64,000 nt of DNA from a virus. Its lineage: Duplodnaviria > Caudoviricetes. The DNA lies in IMG/VR virus record IMGVR_UViG_3300037067_007193, positions 1-64,000 of that record. The stretch is one strand, 5' to 3'. Numbering within the stretch: position 1 is the stretch's first letter; each line of letters starts with the position of its first letter. Shown in pieces: positions 56,365 through 64,000 of the stretch. Both the position numbers and the translations under genes were made by a program. The notes under the pieces are model-generated. The model ran no database searches. It had not been told where the DNA came from and was given only the letters and a program-made list of their open reading frames with translations.

Positions 56365-58016
56365 TGCGAAAACTGATCCTGTTCCTCTTGCTTCCCGGCC
56401 TGCTGTTGGCACAGACCGAAAAAAAAGTCGGTAACTTGTTGACCGTGAAACAGGTTCAGACGGCGAAAGCCGAGACTCCGCCGCACATGGTCAAGCGCAT
56501 GGGCAAGCAGACAGACTGTGTCACTGTGTATCAGGACTCCGCGCACTTTGCCCGCAAGGAGTATGACAAAGGGCGGTTCAAGGCGGAAATATCATCTGTC
56601 CCGATACGCTGGAACGACGCCGGGACGTTGAAAGACTTTGACCTCGCGCCAGTGAAATCCAGCCGTGCGGGATACGATCAGCGGGTGCGCATGGGCAAAA
56701 CCACGGTCGATATCGATTCCACCGGACGGGTGTACTACGAGAAAGGCGGGCAAGGTTTTGAGATTATCCCGAACGCGGCGACCGCGGAAATCAGGAAAGA
56801 GGTCGAGTTTTCCACAACCCGGATGAAAGAGTTGCTGATCGTGGGCGCAAAAGACCCGCGTCACTTGGGTTGGAGGATAAACGGCGACATTGAAATCGCC
56901 AGGCGGAAGATCGAGCCGTTCACAGCCTGGGACAGGAAAGGCAAACCCGTGGAGGTGTCAGGAAAATGGATGGGCGACAGCCTGACCGTGGACCTGCCCG
57001 CGGGGGAAATCTGGCTCGATCCAACTGTAAACGATACCATTATCAGTGCAAGCAGCGGCGGGTTTGAGTCTTACGTTAATGCGACATTCGCAGAAAACAG
57101 AGACGATCCGTCAGCATCTATGACTGCTCAACAGTGGGGTTCAGTGGGACAGTTACTCCGTACGGGCGGGGGGGATGCGAAAACTGTTTGTCGTGTCTTT
57201 ATGACAATTAAAGTGCCCACAATAGTTGGGGTGATAATCGATTCTGGGAGAGTGCATATCCGTGTCGGTAACGGCAACCAGATGGTTGATAGTCTATCTG
57301 TTTTCGGTGTGTGGGGAACATGGACAGGAGGGGTGTTATCCATCACATGGTGGAATAAGTTTCAGGGGCAGCAGACGGGAGCGCCACATACGAGTGTTAA
57401 CCCGTTTTCTGATCTGATACATGTGTCTAAGCTGGGAGATTTTGAGGATAGTCTCGCGTGGAAAAGCGCCCTGTTTACAGCCGCAGCACTGGACACGATA
57501 GCAGCCAAAATGGATGGTGTGGGTGACGATTCGGTGAGAATCGCCCTGATTGGACGTGCAGATATGTATAATAGTGGGGCGGTGGGGCAAGCGACATGGG
57601 AGCCGATGAGTTATCCGTATATTTCGCTTTTCTATCACATAGGATCGGCTCCTGGCCTATCAACACTGGCCGACAGCGCACGCGCTTCCGCTATCCTGGT
57701 TGGGAAAATAGACTCCACGGGCGGGCTAAACTGCACGTCGCGGGGCTTCGAGTGGTGGATTGACGCCGACACTACCGAGATGAGCAAGAGTGGATCATTC
57801 ACCGCCGGGGCGTTCCAGGATACAATCGAGGTATTGCCGATTGGAGTGACAGTCAGCTACCGTTGTTTTGCTGAAAATCCGAAAGGAAAGACCTATGGGG
57901 ATGTAAAGACATTCACCACCGGCGCGGGCGGGGGGGGGGATGCTGATACTATTTACATCAACACCAGGGCTACATCGACAGGACGCGGACCACGTAGGTT
58001 TGAAGGAAAGAGATGA
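56364..58016 (+). CDS. Secreted multidomain protein with FN3-like C-terminal region
   Basis: MRKLILFLLLPGLLLA|Q; EIWLDPT motif; SRGFEW..YRCFAEN..G..YG FN3-like segment. Confidence 0.7.
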   Translation: MRKLILFLLLPGLLLAQTEKKVGNLLTVKQVQTAKAETPPHMVKRMGKQTDCVTVYQDSAHFARKEYDKGRFKAEISSVPIRWNDAGTLKDFDLAPVKSSRAGYDQRVRMGKTTVDIDSTGRVYYEKGGQGFEIIPNAATAEIRKEVEFSTTRMKELLIVGAKDPRHLGWRINGDIEIARRKIEPFTAWDRKGKPVEVSGKWMGDSLTVDLPAGEIWLDPTVNDTIISASSGGFESYVNATFAENRDDPSASMTAQQWGSVGQLLRTGGGDAKTVCRVFMTIKVPTIVGVIIDSGRVHIRVGNGNQMVDSLSVFGVWGTWTGGVLSITWWNKFQGQQTGAPHTSVNPFSDLIHVSKLGDFEDSLAWKSALFTAAALDTIAAKMDGVGDDSVRIALIGRADMYNSGAVGQATWEPMSYPYISLFYHIGSAPGLSTLADSARASAILVGKIDSTGGLNCTSRGFEWWIDADTTEMSKSGSFTAGAFQDTIEVLPIGVTVSYRCFAENPKGKTYGDVKTFTTGAGGGGDADTIYINTRATSTGRGPRRFEGKR

Positions 58017-58059
58017 ATGTTTTTAGCCTCTTAAAACTCCCAAGGCAGGAAACCATGTA

Positions 58060-58410
58060 ATGACAGCCGCCAGAGGAAAGCCGGGCCTACCAGAAACCGT
58101 AGCCGCACTTGAGGCTAAGGTTGAAAACGGCGCAAGGCGCGATGATGAAGCGCGTGAGAAGTTTACAAAACTGTTTGACCGCGTTGAGAGTATAGACCAC
58201 AACATTGCCACTACGCGGGAAGAGATGAAGGAAACCTTTGGGGAAATAAAGACTGCGATAGCCACTGAGTTTGGAACATTGCGGAGCGATCTTACCGGTC
58301 TGAAGGAACGATACAGCCGTGATGCCAAGTGGGTTGCAATGAAGTGGTCTGCCGCGATAACGCTGGTTGTGGGTTTTATTCTTCTTTGGGCCGACAAGGT
58401 TTGGCCGTGA
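58060..58410 (+). CDS. Coiled-coil plus C-terminal TM protein (holin/antiholin-like)
   Basis: Single C-terminal TM, upstream of the endolysin. Confidence 0.55.
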   Translation: MTAARGKPGLPETVAALEAKVENGARRDDEAREKFTKLFDRVESIDHNIATTREEMKETFGEIKTAIATEFGTLRSDLTGLKERYSRDAKWVAMKWSAAITLVVGFILLWADKVWP

Positions 58411-58420
58411 TGAGGTGTGA

Positions 58421-58828
58421 ATGAAACTGACGGAGCATTTCACGCTTGAAGAATTTCGCTGCCGTTGCGGGTGCGGGTGTGAAAAAGACTGGATAGATGA
58501 GTGCCGCAAGACGGCAGAGATATTAGAAGAACTCCGCACTGTTATAGGGAACAAGCCCATCACGATCACTTGTGGAGTTAGGTGTCCCAAACACAATGCC
58601 AACGTGGGGGGTAAACCTCATAGCAAGCATTTGTCAACTGATTACCAGGGTGCGGCGGATACGTTTGTTCCTGATATGCCCGCTGAGATTTGGGCGCGTG
58701 CCGCATTCAGGAAGTTTCCGGGCTGCATTTTGTATACCAAGAAACATTTCGTTCACGTTGACCGTCGCCGCAACGAGAGTTACTACGCCATAGACGGGAA
58801 AAACGTGGACAACTTTGAGGAGGCTTGA
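58421..58828 (+). CDS. Peptidase M15 family endolysin
   Basis: HFTLEEFRCRCG, ITCGVRCPKHN..VGG...SKH, AAD, FVHVD. Confidence 0.9.
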   Translation: MKLTEHFTLEEFRCRCGCGCEKDWIDECRKTAEILEELRTVIGNKPITITCGVRCPKHNANVGGKPHSKHLSTDYQGAADTFVPDMPAEIWARAAFRKFPGCILYTKKHFVHVDRRRNESYYAIDGKNVDNFEEA

Positions 58829-59094
58829 AGATGGATGGTATTCTCGCTGTGTTTCAAAACAACTGGTATGAAATTCTTACCACCGTGTTGAGCTTAGGGT
58901 TTTTCCTGAAGTACGTGGTAGTTCGCAGGGTTGTCGGTGAGTTCGCGGACTTCCTGAAGGTTAAGGTAGAGGCCCGGCGCAACGGTCAGATAACCGATGC
59001 TGAGTACGCGCTTATCGGCAAGAAGGCCGTGGCGCTGACCGATACGCTTTGGGGTGTTATCGTTGGTCTATTCCCGAACAAGAGCAAACTGTGA
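58825..59094 (+). CDS. Holin-like membrane protein
   Basis: N-terminal TM, in the lysis module. Confidence 0.55.
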   Translation: MKMDGILAVFQNNWYEILTTVLSLGFFLKYVVVRRVVGEFADFLKVKVEARRNGQITDAEYALIGKKAVALTDTLWGVIVGLFPNKSKL

Positions 59095-59101
59095 GGTTGT
59101 T

Positions 59102-59263
59102 ATGGCTTGGAAAGGTTTTGGATGGTTTAGGGCAATACTGTGCGCCCTCAAGATAGTAGCCCCCCTGACCAAGGGAAACGGTGATGACAAGGTGGCAGAT
59201 GCCGGTGAAAAGATAGTGACCGCCGCTGAACAGATTGAGAAAGAAATTCGCGGTGAAAAATGA
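59102..59263 (+). CDS. Small lysis-module protein (53 aa)
   Basis: MAWKGFGWFRAILCALKIVAP...; SD GAGG. Confidence 0.55.
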   Translation: MAWKGFGWFRAILCALKIVAPLTKGNGDDKVADAGEKIVTAAEQIEKEIRGEK

Positions 59264-59409
59264 TCGTTATCCTCATCTGCCGCTGCGGTGCGCGGAATGA
59301 GTTTGACAGATGGGGATTGCCGTGTCTCAAGTGCGGTCTGGTGACTAAACCGTCGTGGGAGATAGAAGAAACCATGTGCAGGAAAAAGGGCGGCAAAGGC
59401 AGGAAATAA
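59260..59409 (+). CDS. Small Zn-ribbon protein (49 aa)
   Basis: CRCG..PCLKCG; ATGA coupling. Confidence 0.5.
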   Translation: MIVILICRCGARNEFDRWGLPCLKCGLVTKPSWEIEETMCRKKGGKGRK

Positions 59410-59412
59410 ACA

Positions 59413-59437
59413 AAGCCCCGGCGATGAACCGGGGCTT
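59413..59437. terminator. Bidirectional terminator ending the late operon
   Basis: AAGCCCCGG-loop-CCGGGGCTT. Confidence 0.7.
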
Positions 59438-59456
59438 CTTGCCGCTGGTACTGCTA

Positions 59457-59628
59457 TCATTGGGCCTTGGCAGATTTTTCCTTTAGTCTGTTAGAAAAAG
59501 ATTCTTTTACTGAGTGCCGCCGACCAGAAAGACTTTGCCACGGGTATTCAGTAATGCGTGCCCGAACAACGCTTCCTCTTGACCATCCAAAATCAGAAAG
59601 TGCTTGTTGTTCTGCTGTTACAAAATTT
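59457..59628 (-). pseudogene. 3' part of a 77-aa phage ORF interrupted by the IS
   Basis: Joins in frame across the target duplication with 63807-63876. Confidence 0.75.
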
Positions 59629-59643
59629 GGTAGTGTCCTAATT

Positions 59644-60456
59644 TCAATCCAATAGATCATAAATATTCCAAAATCTATTTGTAATGCCCGCAGCCATAGC
59701 GGGTGTCACGCTAAGGCTTTTATGGGCGCGAACAAAGTTATAATGCGCGAAATGCAACGCGACTGCGGCGCGAAGATTTTCAATCTTCTTACTAAACGCA
59801 TTAGTAAGTCTTGTAAATCGCCTCATGCTCATTCGCATCGTGAGATTCTGGCGCTCAACGTAACTTGTCGAAATGCGTGCTATTTCTGGATGTCCACTAA
59901 CAGCACCACGCGCCGCACTCACAACTTTGGGTGGGCTGTAGCGGCCAGGGCCGATTGCTTCGGCTTCATATGTTTTGACTAATTGACCATAATCCACATT
60001 GCAACCAAATGCAGTTTCTATAGCTTCGGCGTATGCACTAAGGGCATCAGATGAAATCTGTACTCTATTTGCAAGACGTTCGGAAAGATCAACCATAAAT
60101 TTCGTAGCAGTCTCAAGATTTCTTTTGCCTACGATATGAGAAGGAACAAGTTTTGAGTCTGCATCAATCGCTACAAAAGTCCACTGATCCCCAACACGCT
60201 CAGGATTGTCAGTAAGGGTTACGTGCCTCTGTTTTTTCTGAACATAAGTCCATATTTCATCTACCTGAATGTGACCGCAAGGAAGATTTCGCAATGTTTC
60301 ATTCATAATATTTGCGCAGTTCTCTCCCGTAGAGACCGCCAGTCGCATGATGGTATCCCTGTGTACGCCGGTCATGCGCTCTGTAGATCGAATGGAATTG
60401 CCTTCAATCAGGCAACTTATTACCTGCACCCTTTTATCTTTCTTTAGTTTATTCAT
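59644..60456 (-). CDS. IS1-family DDE transposase (single ORF)
   Basis: HTH EGNSIRSTERMTGVHRDTI; QVDEIW (D), SSDA (D), STSYVERQNLTMR (E); stop abuts the left inverted repeat. Confidence 0.9.
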   Translation of the reverse strand: MNKLKKDKRVQVISCLIEGNSIRSTERMTGVHRDTIMRLAVSTGENCANIMNETLRNLPCGHIQVDEIWTYVQKKQRHVTLTDNPERVGDQWTFVAIDADSKLVPSHIVGKRNLETATKFMVDLSERLANRVQISSDALSAYAEAIETAFGCNVDYGQLVKTYEAEAIGPGRYSPPKVVSAARGAVSGHPEIARISTSYVERQNLTMRMSMRRFTRLTNAFSKKIENLRAAVALHFAHYNFVRAHKSLSVTPAMAAGITNRFWNIYDLLD

Positions 60457-60481
60457 GGTTGTATCCCCCCTTTACTATAAA

Positions 60482-60587
60482 TGTAGCAACAAAAAGCCCA
60501 CATGTCAAGTTATTGTCTTGATTTGTAGTCACAAAAGTGCTACATTATAAATGAGGGTTGACTTGTAGTCACAAAAGGGATACATTA
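60482..60587. promoter_or_regulatory. Divergent promoters with repeated operators
   Basis: Minus strand TTGACA-17-TACATT; plus strand TTGACT-17-TACATT; 30-bp direct repeat at 60518 and 60558; TGTAGYMACAAAA x3. Confidence 0.7.
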
Positions 60588-60604
60588 ACTAACACGGAGG
60601 AAAG

Positions 60605-60799
60605 ATGGAAAAAACAGAATCCATAAGAATCAGGCTTGAAGCAGAAGAAAAAAAGGCGTTTCAACAAGCGGCGGATTTATCAGGTCTTGGATTATCAACA
60701 TGGGCAAGGGAGCGCTTGCGGCGCTCGGCTATAAAAGAATTGGAAGAAGCCGCAATCCCCATAAAGTTTCTATTGCCAATAGAGCGGGAGGAAACATAA
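60605..60799 (+). CDS. RHH (DUF1778-like) regulator
   Basis: SIRIRLEAEEKKAFQQAADLSGLGLSTWARERL. Confidence 0.75.
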   Translation: MEKTESIRIRLEAEEKKAFQQAADLSGLGLSTWARERLRRSAIKELEEAAIPIKFLLPIEREET

Positions 60800-62503
60800 A
60801 TGGCCCAATTGCCCGAATCAATTGAATTTGAGATTAAGGGAATCGGAGAAGTACTGGCACAGAATCGCTTGGCTGTGCCTCTTAATCAAAGGGAATATTC
60901 GTGGGAAGAAGAACATATCAATGATTTATACACCGACTATGCCAATGCCATAGCAAAAGGACAAGGAAGTTATTTTTTAGGAACCATAGTTCTTACGCGG
61001 GGCGAAGGTGATGTTCCAGAAGTATCTGATGGGCAGCAGCGCCTTGCAACGTCCACAATCTTATTGGCGGCTATACGAGATTATTTTTTTAATAACGGCG
61101 ATAATGTTAGAGCCACATCAATTGAACAAGAATATTTATTAAAAACTGACATAACAACCACAGATATTGTTCCTCAACTCCGGCTAAATGTCGATGATAA
61201 TGAATTTTTTAGCAAATCCATTCTATCATCTCCGAGCAGTCCAGACAGGAATATAAAAGCCACCAAACTGTCTCATGAACGAATAGAGCTTGCCGCTAAA
61301 ACAGCGGCTGACCATATCGGAAATATAGTCAAACCCTTTGAAACAAAACCAAATCTCAAGACTGATCGCCTTCTTGAGTTGATAAAATTTATACGCAGGG
61401 GCGCACAAGTTATTCTACTTCGCGTTCCTACCCATCTTAATGCTTTTCTAATGTTTGAAACCCTTAATGATCGAGGATTAAAAATATCTCAAGCCGATTT
61501 ATTAAAGAATCATCTTTTTAGTTTTGCTGGTGACAGAATGAGAGAAGCGCAACACAAATGGTCAAAAATGTCTGGAATATTAGAATCTTTGGGAAAGGAA
61601 GATATCACTGTTACATTCCTCCATCATCTTTTAATCACAAAATACGGCCCCACAAAAGAAAGAGAAGTTTTTGATAAGGTCAGGCAGTTAGTTACCAGCC
61701 AGAATCGCTCAATTGAATTTTTGGAGGAGTTGGCCGATTCGGCGAACGACTACGCTGCGCTTTTTAATCCAGACCACAAGAAATGGAATGAATATGGAAC
61801 GACAACAAGAAAGAATATCTCTACAATAAACCGTGACTTGCGCATCGAACAGATTCGCCCGCTTATGTTTTCGGTGGCACGCCATTTTTCTGTTGAAGAA
61901 GGCAAGGCGGCTTTTCGCCTCTTCGTTTTTTGGTCTGTAAGAATTCTTGTTTATGGCACTCGTGGCGGATTTTTAGATCGTAATTATAGTATGCGGGCAC
62001 AAGATATCGCAGATAGGAAGATTACCACGGCGGATGGCCTGAGAGAATCATTAACCGATGTTATACCTACAGATGCAATGTTTGAATCTGCTTTCGCGGA
62101 AGCACGCACTTCGCATCCTTATCTTGCGAGATATTATCTTCGGGCTTTGGAATTAAAACGCAAAGGTGATCCCGAACCTGAATTTGTTCCCTCGGATGAG
62201 GAACAATCAATCAACCTGGAACATGTTCTTCCAGAAAATCCAACCCCCGCCGAATGGTCAGATATTGATGCAGACACGGCGAAGGCTTTTTATTCAAAAA
62301 TTGGGAATATGGTTATCTTACAGGCTAAAAAGAATACTTTGATAGGTAATAGCCGCTTCGACATTAAGAAGCCCGTTTTGAGAGAGTCTGCCTATATACT
62401 CACACAGCAGGTGGCAGAATATTCAAAATGGGGAATAGATGAGATTAAAGACAGGCAGAAAAAGCTGGCCGCATTGGCAGTGCAAACATGGCCGTTAACA
62501 TAG
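60800..62503 (+). CDS. DUF262-DUF1524 nuclease (GmrSD/SspE-like defence protein)
   Basis: VPLNQREYSW, YFLGTIV, DGQQRLAT, FETLNDRG; C-terminal LEHVLP...IGNMVIL...N. Confidence 0.9.
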   Translation: MAQLPESIEFEIKGIGEVLAQNRLAVPLNQREYSWEEEHINDLYTDYANAIAKGQGSYFLGTIVLTRGEGDVPEVSDGQQRLATSTILLAAIRDYFFNNGDNVRATSIEQEYLLKTDITTTDIVPQLRLNVDDNEFFSKSILSSPSSPDRNIKATKLSHERIELAAKTAADHIGNIVKPFETKPNLKTDRLLELIKFIRRGAQVILLRVPTHLNAFLMFETLNDRGLKISQADLLKNHLFSFAGDRMREAQHKWSKMSGILESLGKEDITVTFLHHLLITKYGPTKEREVFDKVRQLVTSQNRSIEFLEELADSANDYAALFNPDHKKWNEYGTTTRKNISTINRDLRIEQIRPLMFSVARHFSVEEGKAAFRLFVFWSVRILVYGTRGGFLDRNYSMRAQDIADRKITTADGLRESLTDVIPTDAMFESAFAEARTSHPYLARYYLRALELKRKGDPEPEFVPSDEEQSINLEHVLPENPTPAEWSDIDADTAKAFYSKIGNMVILQAKKNTLIGNSRFDIKKPVLRESAYILTQQVAEYSKWGIDEIKDRQKKLAALAVQTWPLT

Positions 62504-62504
62504 A

Positions 62505-62834
62505 ATGATAAGCAAGGGAATTAACCCAATGGAAGAAAACGTTGACGAATTGCAAAAAGGGATTGAGCAACTACAAAAATGCAAAGCCAATCTTTTGGAA
62601 TCCGCTCCTATATCAGAGACATTTCAGGATAAGACCGTTTGGCAGGGAATTGTTTATGTGTTTTCTCTGATTGGACATCCGACAGCAACAAAATGTTATG
62701 CGTGGTCTTCGCCGATAGAGGGTAGTAAAAAACGGCGAATCTATACGGTTTTGAATGTGCCGCCCGTGGACTCACCAGAAAAAGCTGTCCGTGCCGCTAT
62801 TGTTTCTGATTATAAATCAGGACAATTGAAATAG
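62505..62834 (+). CDS. Small IS-associated protein of unknown function
   Basis: ETFQDKTVWQGIVYVFSLIGHP...CYAWSS...PPVDSPEKAVRAAIV; alternative start 62529. Confidence 0.75.
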   Translation: MISKGINPMEENVDELQKGIEQLQKCKANLLESAPISETFQDKTVWQGIVYVFSLIGHPTATKCYAWSSPIEGSKKRRIYTVLNVPPVDSPEKAVRAAIVSDYKSGQLK

Positions 62835-62892
62835 ATCATACATGACCGGAATTATCCCTTTCCAAACCCTAAAATTTTTTTTGCTCTATCTC

Positions 62893-62996
62893 TTGACAAA
62901 AGGATACGAATATCTTATATTGAAGTGTAGAGGAATTTTCTCTACTTTTATTCACTTGGGGCTGTGCGGAGCCGCGCCTTCGCATAGCCCTTTTTT
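62893..62996 (+). ncRNA. Promoter plus ~70-nt ORF-less transcript ending in a strong terminator (candidate sRNA)
   Basis: TTGACA-17-TATATT (62893-62921); GTAGAG/CTCTAC hairpin; 12-bp GGGCTGTGCGGA stem plus U6. Confidence 0.5.
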
Positions 62997-63059
62997 GTTT
63001 GTATAGCACATCATGTTTTGGACGAAAAATTTATGGAAAATCTAATTGCAATATCAATT

Positions 63060-63653
63060 TTATGCGGAGTCGTTGGGGCTTTGCCTGTTATTTTGTTTGA
63101 GATAATCTCTCAGCGTTGCAATGGCAATTTCGACATCTTTGTCAATATTTTTGTACGGATAAGAAACGGCTATATGTTTGTAAAAGGGAAACTCTGCTAA
63201 CCGCTTAAGGGTGGAGGCTGACAATTTGTCGGCAGACATTTCACGTCTGGCTAACATTAATAAAAGTTTGTACAAGTTGATTTTATTCCAAAGGTCGTCA
63301 ATCTGCTCTAAATTAATCGCCCGATTAACAGCCACTGCGAATCCACAACAAAGGCTTAAAACATCTCTTGGTGCAACGGCTGAATTTGTGGTTACTACAC
63401 ATTGCAATCCAGAAGCCTTGTTTTGAACATTTTTGAGCTTGTTTTCTTTCTCGGATGAATCGCGGGCTACGATAAATTCGTTAAAGGCCGAAAATAATAA
63501 ACGGAAAAATTCTAATTTGTCCTTGTATAAACATTGGCCGTACTGATGTTTTTGGGTTGAGCGCATAACCACATAAGTACATAGGCTGGCGATTAAGCTG
63601 CTTACAAGGGCGACCGCCAAGGAATTATATATTGATTCCAAACACACAGACAT
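63060..63653 (-). CDS. IS passenger: membrane-anchored hypothetical protein (197 aa)
   Basis: ATG 63653 with SD AAAGG; N-terminal TM; promoter TTGACA-17-GATAAT at 63696-63724. Confidence 0.7.
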   Translation of the reverse strand: MSVCLESIYNSLAVALVSSLIASLCTYVVMRSTQKHQYGQCLYKDKLEFFRLLFSAFNEFIVARDSSEKENKLKNVQNKASGLQCVVTTNSAVAPRDVLSLCCGFAVAVNRAINLEQIDDLWNKINLYKLLLMLARREMSADKLSASTLKRLAEFPFYKHIAVSYPYKNIDKDVEIAIATLRDYLKQNNRQSPNDSA

Positions 63654-63806
63654 AGCCTTTCTTGAAATTAAAAAAGGACGGCTTTTGACCGTCCCATTAT
63701 CACACTCTGACAATCTGCTGTCAATCTATTTTTCTTTCCGATCCTTTCCCTTCTTCGGCGGCTTCGTCTCCAAATAAAAATCTCATTTTCAAATTAGGAC
63801 ACTACC

Positions 63807-63876
63807 CAAAATTTGGTGCTTGAAGCATTGCAGATGCTATCATGTATCCATCAGAGATGTCTATATCGTATTTCAA
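63807..63876 (-). pseudogene. 5' part of the IS-interrupted phage ORF
   Basis: TTG start with SD AAGGAG; MKYDIDISDGYMIASAMLQAPNF continues as VTAEQQALSD at 59620. Confidence 0.75.
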
Positions 63877-64000
63877 TCCCTCTCCTTTTTCTCGAAGTGG
63901 GGGCAGGCTTTGTCGTTAAACTTCGCATCCTTGCGGTATTCCGCCCAACTGTAACAATGAAGTCCCGAAAAATATTTGCACTTTCCGCACGTTTTGGCAT
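63873..64000 (-). CDS. 3' part of a small Cys-rich phage protein (runs off window end)
   Basis: ...KTCGKCKYFSGLHC...ACPHFEKKERD*. Confidence 0.65.
   Translation of the reverse strand, partial: AKTCGKCKYFSGLHCYSWAEYRKDAKFNDKACPHFEKKERD

Larger units (their letters stand above)
59629..63806. mobile_element. IS1-family element with passenger genes (4,178 bp)
   Basis: Perfect 16-bp terminal inverted repeats GGTAGTGTCCTAATTT (59629-59644, 63791-63806); 8-bp target duplication CAAAATTT (59621-59628, 63807-63814). Confidence 0.95.

Noticed and set aside
63018-63200. 60-aa + strand ORF
   Set aside because: TTG start, lies after a strong terminator and overlaps a better minus-strand gene
1-64000. 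Prophage boundaries (attL/attR), host genes, alternative genetic code, DNA methyltransferases
   Set aside because: None evident; phage-type small ORFs continue at both edges and genes end at standard stops

Overview
The whole window is tailed-phage or prophage DNA. It looks like a P22/podovirus-like temperate or plasmid-like phage. No host housekeeping genes and no att ends are visible, and phage-type genes run off both edges. Layout: leftward early/recombination region (1-9.2 kb: RecT, YqaJ, mini tyrosine recombinase, SSB); replication (initiator with iterons, DnaB, 9.4-11.5 kb); leftward small-gene block (11.5-13.7 kb); AT-rich packaging-like region and terS (13.9-15 kb); accessory block (GspG-like pilin, NTN peptidase, phosphoesterase, HAD-dNMP kinase fusion, beta-propeller; 15-26.9 kb); terL-portal-GroES-scaffold-capsid-adaptor-nozzle-ejection-tailspike (26.9-55.3 kb); two secreted proteins and lysis (55.4-59.4 kb). 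A 4,178-bp IS1-family element (59629-63806; 16-bp terminal inverted repeats, 8-bp target duplication) carries a DUF262/DUF1524 (GmrSD-like) nuclease and splits a phage ORF. The most unusual signal is a dense RNA layer: about 10 copies of a GAGUCGCA stem-loop with co-varying stems at early promoters and RBSs; a structured 3'-UTR RNA exposing the complementary loop; a canonical hammerhead ribozyme; a twister-like element; and three tRNA-like elements sharing ACA|UGG...CCA|RCAGAAUU flanks. There is also a 34-bp dif/loxP-like site. Single-base frameshifts in yqaJ and ssb may be sequencing errors. All protein calls rest on motif recognition only; no database search was run.
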